The notes beneath the pieces were generated by a model. That model did not search any database and was not told the origin of the DNA. It worked only from the letters and a program-made list of their open reading frames with translations. 64,000 bases of DNA from Laetmonice hystrix (lineage: Eukaryota), in the NCBI GenBank assembly GCA_965235115.1, contig OZ249436.1, positions 43,030,001 through 43,094,000 on the forward strand, read 5' to 3'. The position numbers and the translations under genes were made by a program. Positions 25,401-37,045 of the stretch are shown piece by piece (position 1 is the stretch's first letter; the number at the start of each line of letters is the position of its first letter).

Positions 25401-27071
25401 TGCCCTACCTGTGAGAGAGGGGTTGTGAAGGGGGTACATACCCCATTATTCAGGGTGCCCTACCTGTGAGAGAGGGGTTGTGAAGGGGGTACATACCCCA
25501 TTATTCAGGGTGTCCTACCTGTGAGAGAGGGGTTGTGAAGGGGGTACATACCCCATTATTCAGGGTGCCCTACCTGTGAGAGAGGGGTTGTGAAGGGGGT
25601 ACATACCCCATTATTCAGGGTGCCCTATACCTGTGAGAGAGGGGTTGTGAAGGGGGTACATACCCCATTATTCAGGGTGCCCTACCTGTGAGAGAGGGGT
25701 TGTGAAGGGGGTACATACCCCATTATTCAGGGTGCCCTACCTGTGAGAGAGGGGTTGTGTAGGGGGTACATACCCCATTATTCAGGGTGCCCTACCTGTG
25801 AGAGAGGGTTTGTGTAGGGGGTACATACCCCATTATTCAGGGTGCCCTACCTGTGAGAGAGGGGTTGTGAAGGGGGTACATACCCCATTATTCAGGGTGC
25901 CCTACCTGTGAGAGAGGGGTTGTGAAGGGGGTACATACCCCATTATTCAGGGTGCCCTATACCTGTGAGAGAGGGGTTGTGAAGGGGGTACATACCCCAT
26001 TATTCAGGGTGCCCTACCTGTGAGAGAGGGGTTGTGAAGGGGGTACATACCCCATTATTCAGGGTGCCCTACCTGTGAGAGAGGGGTTGTGAAGGGGGTA
26101 CATACCCCATTATTCAGGGTGCCCTACCTGTGAGAGAGGGGTTGTGAAGGGGGTACATACCCCATTATTCAGGGTGCCCTACCTGTGAGAGAGGGGTTGT
26201 GAAGGGGGTACATACCCCATTATTCAGGGTGCCCTACCTGTGAGAGAGGGGTTGTGAAGGGGGTACATACCCCATTATTCAGGGTGCCCTACCTGTGAGA
26301 GAGGGGTTGTGAAGGGGGTACATACCCCATTATTCAGGGTGCCCTACCTGTGAGAGAGGGGTTGTGTAGGGGGTACATACCCCATTATTCAGGGTGACAT
26401 ACCTGTGAGAGAGGGGTTGTGTACGGAGTCCATACCCCATTATTCAGGGTGCCCTACCTGTGAGAGAGGTGTTGTGAAGGGGGTACATACCCCATTATTC
26501 AGGGTGCCCTACCTGTGAGACAGAACACATACTGAGGGTTGGTAAAGAAGGTATCTGGCCGAACCCGCGTTCCTCCAGAGTTGACTCCTGACCGCCACTT
26601 TCCCTCGAAGTGTTGTTTTTCTGTAACAACATAATGACAATGACCACGATCACGTGGGCACTTGATCTGTTTACTCAGGCGAGGGATATTTCCAGATAAA
26701 AGATAGTTATTATATATTTAACTGAGTCGATGAGGTAAGTTTGAATCAATGACCGATCCTAGACTGACGGTCTGGTAATCAATTAGGTAGCTTCATACAG
26801 GCGCTGTTGGTAGAATCGAATGAAAACGGCCGCGCTAGTTTGAAAGAAAATATCTGATTGGTTGCGCGGTTTTCAATGTGTGTAGCTTTACTTGTTGTTA
26901 CTCACGGATAGGAAACTGCAGTCCATGACCTTCAGGACTGACCTTGAAGTTATCAAGGTAGACGCTCGGCCTGACCAGCAGGGCACTGTACGAAGAGTGT
27001 AAAAATAGGAGATTCAGCAGGCGTAGAATTAATGTTAATTGTGGCCCTTTCTCTGCAATATCACTGTCAAT

Positions 27072-27106
<35 letters not shown>

Positions 27107-28944
27107 AATTTCATCCTTTAAACGTGCCTGCAGTCGATCCTGCGCGCCGTAAAGACCCGGATGCAGAACTGGGTGGGACCCGTGTAGTCGTTGCTATATA
27201 ATATTGGCAGGACCAAATACTGGCCTGGTATCAATTTGTACCGGTAGAGGGAGCTGTCGACGGTACGGGTCGGCTCTCCTGGACCTTCTACTTTCTCGAG
27301 GCAGCCGTGATGATCAACTCCCTGATAGATCTCGTGGTTAACCTGGTGGGAACCCATCAACAACCAAGGATCATATCTAAGGAAACTACGGAAGCCTATT
27401 TTTACCTGTTATCTGCCAGGGACAATATCTGATTAAAGTACGGAAGCCCATCTTGTATATATACCGATAATAGTTATCATGTCTTTAGAGTGACGTTCAA
27501 AGAAATCAATACTGAAGATGTTGAACACGACCAACTCTAGATGAATATCTTACTGACTCGGTAAAGTTCGCCTAAGATTATAATGCCGTCCGTCTCCTTC
27601 TTTTCGTACATGAATTGTATGACGACTGAAGCCATCCCATCGCCTTCAACATCTATCTCAAAGATAAAATATGGTCGGGTAAGAGAATAAATCAGTCAGC
27701 GATAAAACAGTAACTTGTTCTACCTATCTATTTTAAAGGAAAAGCAGTAATTAAAATTTAGATGATGAGAAATAGTGAAGTTAGCAATCAGTGTCATGAA
27801 GTTAGATTTGATTAGATTAGGTAAGCTGGTGTTACCCAAGCTGTCGACCGAGAGTGTATACATAGGATTGTTGAATTTCTTCGACAACGAGATACCCGCT
27901 CCTTTTTCCTCATTCCATTCTCCGAAAATTGTCCACTCCCTGCCTGTAATATACAGTGTAAGGTATAATTATTGTCCACTCCCTGCCTGTAATATACAGT
28001 GTAAGGTATAATTATTGTCCACTCCCTGCCTGTAATATACAGTGTAAGGTATAATTATTGTCCACACTCTACCTGTAATATACAGTGTAAGGTATAGTTA
28101 TTGTCCACACCCTGCCTGTAATATACAGTGTAAGGTATAATTATTGTCCACACCCTGCCTGTAATATACAGTGTAAGGTATAATTGTCCACTCCCTGCCT
28201 GTAATATACAGTGTAAGGTATAATTATTGTCCACACTCTACCTGTAATATACAGTGTAAGGTTTAATTATTGTCCATACCCTGCCTGTAGTATACAGTGT
28301 AAGGTATAATTATTGCCCAATCCCTGCCTGTAATATACAGGGTAAGGTATAATTGTCCACACCCTGCCTGTAATATACAGTGTAAGGTATAATTATTGTC
28401 CACTCCCTGCCTGTAATATACAGTGTAAGGTATAATTATTGTTCACATACTGCCTGTATTATACAGTGTAAGATAATCATGTAAGGTATATCTACGCCTT
28501 GCCTGTTATATACAGCGTAAGGTCAAGATGTCTGCCAACATTGGGGCTTCAGGTCAATTAAAGATACAAATGAACCTTTTTTGTTCGCTGTGATCTACTT
28601 ACAAAGATTGTCTGTGAAACCATCTTTGTTGAAGTCCGGAGTAAAGTTACAGATTGTTACTCTCCAAAAGTAACGCATGAAGTCAGGCAACGAGATCCAG
28701 AATTCACCATCTCCCTCAGAGCGGAAGTCAATACGATTCTTGACGTCACTGCTGACGTCATCCCAGAGGTTGCTTTCGTCACTCCATTCCCCCTCCCACT
28801 CCCCCTTCTGTTCCCCCCACGGATTGCGGACACGGATGAGTGACTTCTTTACATTCTTGTACGGTACCTGTAAACACCTACGCTTTACATCTAATGCTAA
28901 ATATGAAATATGGTTCAAAACAATTATAAAATACTCTCTTTAAC

Positions 28945-29014
<70 letters not shown>

Positions 29015-29019
29015 GAGAC

Positions 29020-29058
<39 letters not shown>

Positions 29059-32000
29059 TGCCAGACAGAGACGCAGATAGAAAGAGAAAAGGAATGAAAG
29101 AGAGATCGTGCTGTTGTAAGTACAGTACCGTCTTTTTATGCAATTTTGCCCTCATAGGCTACCGTAGATTTCCGTAGATAATTATTGGCCGTACCTCTGC
29201 TGTTCCTGTGATCGTGTGAGAGTGATGGCCTACGAGCCCAAACGTTCCATCGTGCTCGCTCTAAAAGCGAACACACAATCAGGATAGATTGTTGCCAACA
29301 AACAGTTTAACTAGTAGGCCTACTGCTAACTGGCCCCGGGAACGACTTGGGAAGACCCCGTCTTTGTGCCTGCATGGTCCCAGGTCCCATACCCAAGGAT
29401 GAGGGCTGGGGGGGGGGGGGGGGGGGGGGGTCGGAGGGGGAATAACCCCGCCCCCTCCCCCTCCGTTATTATTCCGCCAATGCTAAACACCTTCCAGTGG
29501 ATATTGGACAATGATCCGCCCCCCCTCCCTCCCCATGAGACCTATACTTGCCCCCCCCTTCCCCACCAAGGCTTAGACACTGGCCTCCTTCCTTCCCAAA
29601 CATCAATGACATGAACTGTCCACAAGTGCGTGTTTATCCAGTTCGACGGCTTTGACTTACGACTCCCATACAAGGCTATACCTCTTGGTCAAAAACTACG
29701 GAAGCCGGTGAGTACTGTGAAAAGTTGAGTAATTGAAAGATTAGACCAGTTGTAAGGTTAACTCTCCACACGTTCCATCAGAGCCAAGTTGAAGGTCACT
29801 CAAGGTCAACATACAGCCACAGAGCAGGACAGAACAGAGCCTGACTTGAGCGCGTTGCTGAGTCGGACGAAGAGCGCCTCCGGAGATTTGAATTCTGTCA
29901 TTTTTACTTCTTCCTGCAAACCTCCTGTAAGCGTCTCGAATGCGTTCCCGGATAATCCCCCCGAGACCGACTTGTAGCCGCCGTGAAATCTATAAATAAA
30001 CAGGTTACTGCATGGTGAGCGAGCGGATTCCACAGGCTGGCACTGGACCCCCACACTTGTCACAAGCAAGGCTATTTCGAGGGCAGGAGGGATATGTGAT
30101 AAAAGTTGGTAAGGTCAGTCCTCCAAAGGTAATGTCAAACCGAACAGGGCCAAAACTTTACCACGGGCGGGCCACTCCTCCTCTCCTTCTCCCATGTGTA
30201 ATACAATGGATACAATACATCCCGTGTGTAGTACCAATGGATACAATACATCCCATGTGTAGTACCAATGGACACAATACATCCCGTGTGTAGTACCAAT
30301 GAACACAATACATCCCGTGTGTAGTACCAATGGACACAATACATCCCGTGTGTAGTACCAATGGACACAATACATCCCGTGTGTAGTACAATGGACACAA
30401 TACATCCCGTGTGTAGTACCAATGGATACAATACATCCCGTGTGTAGTACCAATGGACACAATACATCCCGTGTGTAGTACCAATGGATACAATACATCC
30501 CGTGTGTAGTACCAATGGACACAATACATCCCGTGTGTAGTACCAATGGACACTTAGTACCAATGGACACAATACATCCCGTGTGTAGTACCAATGGACA
30601 CAATACATCCCCTGTGTAGTACCAATGGACACAATACATCCCGTGTGTAGTACCAATGGACACAATACATCCCGTGTGTAGTACCAATGGATACAATACA
30701 TCCCGTGTGTAGTACCAATGGACACAATACATCCCGTGTGTAGTACCAATGGATACAATACATCCCGTGTGTAGTACCAATGGATACAATACATCCCGTG
30801 TGTAGTACCAATGGACACAATACATCCCGTGTGTAGTACCAATGGATACAATACATCCCGTGTGTAGTACCAATGGATACAATACATCCCGTGTGTAGTA
30901 CAATGGACACAATACATCCCGTGTGTAGTACCAATGGATACAATACATCCCGTGTGTAGTACCAATGGATACAATACATCCCGTGTGTAGTACCAATGGA
31001 TACAATACATCCCGTGTGTAGTACCAATGGACACAATACATCCCGTGTGTAGTACCAATGGATACAATACATCCCGTGTGTAGTACCAATGGATACAATA
31101 CATCCCGTGTGTAGTACCAATGGATACAATACATCCCGTGTGTAGTACCAATGGACACAATACATCCCGTGTGTAGTACCAATGGACACAATACATCCCG
31201 TGTGTAGTACCAATGGACACAATACATCCCGTGTGTAGTACCAATGGACACAATACATCCCCTGTGTAGTACCAATGGACACAATACATCCCGTGTGTAG
31301 TACCAATGGACACAATACATCCCGTGTGTAGTACCAATGGACACAATACATCCCGTGTGTAATACCAATGGACACAATACATCCCGTGTGTAGTACCAAT
31401 GGACACTTAGTACCAATGGACACAATACATCCCGTGTGTAGTACCAATGGACACAATACATCCCGTGTGTAGTACCAATGGACACAATACATCCCGTGTG
31501 TAGTACCAATGGACACAATACATCCCGTGTGTAGTACCAATGGACACAATACATCCCGTGTGTAGTACCAATGGACACAATACATCCCGTGTGTAGTACA
31601 ATGGACACAATACATCCCGTGTGTAGTACCAATGGATACAATACATCCCGTGTGTAGTACCAATGGATACAATACATCCCGTGTGTAGTACCAATGGACA
31701 CAATACATCCCGTGTGTAGTACCAATGGATACAATACATCCCGTGTGTAGTACCAATGGATACAATACATCCCGTGTGTAGTACCAATGGATACAATACA
31801 TCCCGTGTGTAGTACCAATGGACACAATACATCCCGTGTGTAGTACCAATGGATACAATACATCCCGTGTGTAGTACCAATGGATACAATACATCCCGTG
31901 TGTAGTACCAATGGATACAATACATCCCGTGTGTAGTACCAATGGATACAATACATCCCGTGTGTAGTACCAATGGACACAATACATCCCGTGTGTAGTA

Positions 32001-35000
32001 CCAATGGACACAATACATCCCGTGTGTAGTACCAATGGACACAATACATCCCGTGTGTAGTACCAATGGACACAATACATCCCCTGTGTAGTACCAATGG
32101 ACACAATACATCCCGTGTGTAGTACCAATGGACACAATACATCCCGTGTGTAGTACCAATGGACACAATACATCCCGTGTGTAATACCAATGGACACAAT
32201 ACATCCCGTGTGTAGTACCAATGGACACTTAGTACCAATGGACACAATACATCCCGTGTGTAGTACCAATGGACACAATACATCCCGTGTGTAGTACCAA
32301 TGGACACAATACATCCCGTGTGTAGTACCAATGGACACAATACATCCCGTGTGTAGTACCAATGGACACAATACATCCCGTGTGTAGTACCAATGGACAC
32401 AATACATCCCGTGTGTAGTACAATGGACACAATACATCCCGTGTGTAGTACCAATGGATACAATACATCCCGTGTGTAGTACCAATGGATACAATACATC
32501 CCGTGTGTAGTACCAATGGATACAATACATCCCGTGTGTAGTACCAATGGACACAATACATCCCGTGTGTAGTACCAATGGACACAATACATCCCGTGTG
32601 TAGTACCAATGGATACAATACATCCCATGTGTAATACAATGGACACAATACATCCCGTGTGTAGTACCAATGGACACAATACATCCCGTGTGTAATACAA
32701 TGGACACAATACATCCTGTGTGTAGTACCAATGGACACAATACATCCCATGTGTAGTACCAATGGACACAATACATCCCCTGTGTAGTACCAATGGACAC
32801 AATACATCCCCTGTGTAGTACCAATGGACACAATACATCCCGTGTGTAGTACCAATGGACACAATACATCCCGTGTGTAGTACCAATGGACACATCCCGT
32901 GTGTAATACAATGGACACAATACATCCCGTGTGTAGTACCAATGGACACATCCCGTGTGTAATACAATGGACACAATACATCCCGTGTGTAGTACCAATG
33001 GACACATCCCGTGTGTAATACAATGGACACAATACATCCCGTGTGTAGTACCAATGGACACAATACATCCCGTGTGTAGTACCAATGGACACAATACATC
33101 CCGTGTGTAGTACCAATGGACACAATACATCCCGTGTGTAGTACCAATGGACACAATACATCCCGTGTGTAGTACCAATGGACACAATACATCCCGTGTG
33201 TAGTACCAATGAACACAATACATCCCGTGTGTAATACCAATGGACACAATACATCCCGTGTGTAGTACCAATGAACACAATACATCCCGTGTGTAATACC
33301 AATGGACACAATACATCCCATAGACCATACTTACTTTGCGAACCCCTTTTCTATGAGACTGACCCACATTTCGTTCGGGTCGGTACCAGAGCTCGCCGCC
33401 CACAGCTGACTGGTGTCACCGTGTACAGGTAGCAGATCGTCTATATATACGGTGTACCAGCTACCCAGGCGCCAGAACCGACACTGGAAGACGCCATCAT
33501 AGGCGTCAGTACCGATACGGTACGAAGCGTCAGGAATGATCTAAAAAAACGGACAGGAGCATTCAACTGCATGTCTGAGGATCAGTGAGATTTTTTTTAT
33601 GAGAAACTTTATTTTGATTATGAAGTAATCCATGATCTCACATGCTCACATGTACAATGAAAAAAATGGGCACCAATATAATAATTATGAAATACGCAAA
33701 CCTGATTTTTCTATTTTTCATCATCGTCTACTCATTACAAAAAATAAAACATATCAAGTCAGACCTCATTAATCCGGACATCTTGGTGCCAATGGGTTCG
33801 GATTGTGAAACGTACGAATTACGGAATCATTCTGAACAGAAATACCGTAGTTACCTACCATAAATTGTGTTCGGAATTTGAGACATACGGATTAACGAAT
33901 CACGGATTAACGAGGTCTTACTGATCTGAAACTAGAGAACGTACTTGTGAGAGCAGTTCCGGTTTGTCAGCCATTGCGTTCAGTATAGCGAGAAACCAGC
34001 ACGTTCCTAACGACCCCTGAGCGACGTCATGACGGCACGCCCCGTCTGAGTACAATACAGGACACGCACAGATCTCCTGGACAACGTAACCATGGCAACA
34101 ATCAGGGCTGGATGTTGAGGTCCCCCCCCCCCCCCCATCCATCCCCGGCTCCGCTTCCCGTGAGCTTGGGTTAATTTTATACGTTGAGTACTATAATAGG
34201 CGATCGTCCTACATACAACTGCTCAATAATTACGATACGAGGTTGTCAAATTGATCGCCAGGTGGCGCCAGCAGTCCTACTTCCGTATCTTTCCGTCATA
34301 GACGGAAGAGCAGACGTCTATTAAGATTATGGTAATGAATATTTAAAAATAATACAACATCACGAACTGAAGTCCTACGGCTGCAGGTCGGTCGGACCTG
34401 TATTTCAGGGGGACTTGGATTCCTGTCACACCGGCAACCGGCAACCTTGTAGGCCTACCAAGTAGATCTACCATTGCTTGTAAGTAAACTCCGCCTAAGT
34501 GCGTGTAAGCCGACAAATCACCTAAGTTGACGCAATTCCCAAAGTCCCGATTTGGTCTCATGTTAATTCTATGTAGAATACATCGTCAAATCCGACACTT
34601 GTAAGTCGCCACTTGGCCTAAACCGACGCACCGAGTCTGGCCCCAGGTAACGTTTATACATATAAATCTCTACCTCTAAGTCGACACGGGGAATCCTGAG
34701 CCATAACGTAAGCCTGGCCGCCCAGTGAGTAGTACTAGAAAATGAACCTTTGACACGGGCATCTGTTTCTCACCGTGTTCTAATCATGGCGAGAAGGTGC
34801 TGGTAGATTATGTCGTCCTAGTTTTGTTTCGTTTCTCTTGATTTGATTGAATTTCTTTGAGCAGCATGATATACACTGCAGCTACGTGTATACATGTATA
34901 TTTAACTGGAGATGCCCTACAGCCGTCAGCGTTATCATAATTTGTGCTGACGGTGTAGGCTACAGTGTATCGACATACACACAAGCCATCCATATGTCAT

Positions 35001-35681
35001 TTTAGGTATAACTGGACATAATGACGACTTATGTGTATCTCGTCATTTCTCTAAGCCGACACAAAAACGCTGGTCCCAAAAGTGTCGACTCTTACTCTTA
35101 GGCGGAGTTTAATTTATATACTTGTACTGCCTACTACCAGCGCCATCTATCGAGTATATTATGATCTCCTCGCTAGGGGGCGTACGTACGTGTGGCCGTT
35201 TCCAGACCAGCTGTCGTTCGTCCAGTCCCGTCATGGCGCACTCCACCGTGAAGTCTGGGTCCGTCCACAGCTGACCTGGGTTGACCTTTGGCCTTCCCGC
35301 CGGCTGCTCGACCTCCAGGCTCTGTGGTCGGTCGTCGATACGTCTCGAGGCGCGCCCCATCTCTCGGAGACTGGACGGTTTGGACGTCACAATCTTTAAA
35401 CTACTGCAGGGCGGGTCTACTATAACTACCCGGGGATCCTCGACACCTCTCCCGGCGGGGTCTGTGGCACTCACCGGGACTCCGGGTGGGTCTGTCTCCG
35501 GTAAGGCGGGCGGCTCACTGGGGTCGTGGGAGTCTGGGTGAACGAACGGGACGTGCTCAGCCCCTCCCGGATAACAGAACCATGAATAGCAGGATGGTGC
35601 ACATGATGGTGCACACTCACCACAGGCACAGGATGGTACACAGTGACAGGATGGTCCACAGGATGGTCCACAGGATGGCAT
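22444..35681 (-). CDS. Atypical calpain: Cys-rich N-terminus, CysPc, two CBSW/domain III modules, no penta-EF hand; 760 aa, 14 coding exons
   Basis: Exons 35681-35190, 34076-33945, 33540-33335, 29989-29815, 29260-29195, 28867-28603, 27943-27836, 27652-27558, 27342-27128, 26985-26906, 26620-26513, 23227-23145, 22856-22621, 22465-22444. Phases are consistent, 2283 nt. Motifs: WTDPDF, WKRP, QGSLGTCWFLA (catalytic Cys), YIDDLLP, EMWVSLIEKGFAKFHGGY, GLVGHHSHT (His), IRVRNPWG (Asn), DGEFWIS, FFTNPQY. A probable upstream non-coding exon ends at 36622. Confidence 0.92.
23400..24969. mobile_element. PIF/Harbinger non-autonomous deletion derivative in a calpain intron
   Basis: About 37-bp TIRs AGGGCGAGACACACCGCGG(A/G)CGGAACGACTGACGACC. 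TTA TSD at 23397-23399 and 24970-24972. Frameshifted MADF/Myb-like fragment at about 24101-24220 (YKSDRDCRDTELKERLWMKISDEVN). Confidence 0.85.
23474..23905. mobile_element. hAT-like MITE nested in the Harbinger element, 6-bp TSD
   Basis: TIRs CAGGGGTGGAAATTA / TAATTTCCACCCCTG. TSD CCCCAC at 23468-23473 and 23906-23911. Confidence 0.8.
25165..26520. repeat. 55-bp minisatellite containing the donor of calpain exon 26620-26513
   Basis: Minus-strand unit TCTCACAG|GTAGGGCACCCTGAATAATGGGGTATGTACCCCC..., about 24 units. Confidence 0.95.
27072..27108. repeat. (GAAA)n microsatellite
   Basis: Seen directly. Confidence 0.9.
27928..28522. repeat. 43-bp minisatellite containing the acceptor of calpain exon 27943-27836
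   Basis: Minus-strand unit ...CACTGTATATTACAG|GCAGGGAGTGGACAAT..., about 13 units. Confidence 0.95.
28945..29056. repeat. (GA)n / (GAGACA)n microsatellite
   Basis: Seen directly. Confidence 0.95.
30190..33320. repeat. 3.1-kb, 31-bp minisatellite GTAGTACCAATGGA(C/T)ACAATACATCCCGTGT in a calpain intron
   Basis: About 100 units. The variant GGACACTTAGTACC recurs at about 30548, 31401 and 32223, showing higher-order duplication. Confidence 0.97.
33756..33923. mobile_element. Degenerate MITE with Tc1/mariner-pogo-like CAGT termini
   Basis: AAGTCAGACCTCATTAATCCG vs rc CAGTAAGACCTCGTTAATCCG. Confidence 0.5.
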
Positions 35682-36779
35682 CTTTCAGTTATACAGGTCG
35701 CTGGAATATGATCAATTGCTCTAAACTTCAGAACAGCATCATCATTATCAACTACGACACCCCCCCCCCCCCCAACACAAACACACTTTTGCTGGTGGCC
35801 TAAAAAATTAAAAATGTCAAAGGGTCCTGAAGTTAGCCTACCTTCAATAAGGTCAAATATTTATATCAGGGCTGCACCCCCCCCCCAAGTATGAATATTA
35901 CAAGTAGGGGTCGTGGGGAATAGCCTACTCTCGGCCCCTGGCGCACCTAGGGCACCTCTCAGCCTTGTTTTGCTGCACCAGTATAGCGGTCAGTTTTCTT
36001 TTCAAAATAATCAAATAGGCTAAACAACGTTATTGTAAGCTTTAATTTGCCCGCTAATTTGTATCTGATTGACCTTGTTTTTACTAGGTCAAGGGTCGGG
36101 CGGTGTCCTAATTTACGAGTGCCCCCAAACTTTGCATATTATAGTAGTAGACTCTTAGACCAGTTGATCTATATACATGTATATTCTATGCCTATCGACA
36201 CCGACTGGGGCGCCGTCTGTCTGGCAAATTATGAGATGTCTGGCGTATGCCAACAGAGGGCGTGATGATCAAGGCTGGACGTTACAATGCTTTTCCTATG
36301 GCTAACGTTAGGCCTATGCCTATGGGAGGGAGTTTGTGATGACTGATTTGATGGTTCTGCCTCTGAGGCGAGGTGAATAAAATTCAAGAGCGGCTGACTA
36401 AAGCTTGTTTGTGGGCAGTTTGGAGATTATCAGTACTAAGCCATACCCATACTATGATTAGTATCCATGGTAGCCTAGGCCTGCTTTACCGCTTGCCCTT
36501 GCCTTGGCCTCGCATGTTCGGTAGCTGCCCTGACCTAGCTGAGGCTTAGCTGGCCGGGTGTAGGCCGACAACTAGACTAGTAAAGTTGTACTCGTCTATA
36601 ATTGTCATGCTACTAACTTACCACGTAGATCTCAAACAACTTCTGTCAGTTCTGGCACAGAGTCAGATTCTGTTGGCCCTACACACTCGTTCGACACCGG
36701 GAACGTCGTGCCGTCCTCAACCGCCACGGCAGCCTTGATCATGACGCCCTCTCTTGGCATCCCCAGTCTGCCGCCACAG

Positions 36780-37045
36780 CGGTAACGCTCGCAGCGCCAC
36801 CTGTCGAGACTCGTCGGAAATCCGATAGTTTCCGCCAGACTCCGCTAGGGGGCGGGGGAGGTCGCGCCACCTGGTGGTGGGTGGGACATGAAAACGTTGA
36901 AAAACTGCGTCAACTGGGAGACATCAACCGTCTTAAATATTAGGCCTCGAAGCCTAATAATGTTGAGGTTTTATCAAAGACAATTTAAATGCCTCCCGGT
37001 GGGGGCGCTGCGAAAATGGGACGTTCTAGCAAGTGACGTCACAGC
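36780..37045. promoter_or_regulatory. Putative calpain promoter with a GC box, a CRE and clustered CTCF-like motifs
   Basis: GC-rich patch upstream of the putative first exon. CCGCTAGGGGGCGG at 36842-36855, rc CCACCAGGTGGCGC at 36864-36877, TGACGTCA at about 37034-37041. Confidence 0.45.

Noticed and set aside
30115..33403. ORFs of 1068, 949, 423, 360 and 273 aa on the minus strand
   Set aside because: They translate a 31-bp minisatellite that is open in all three frames inside a calpain intron, and are not in frame with any exon.
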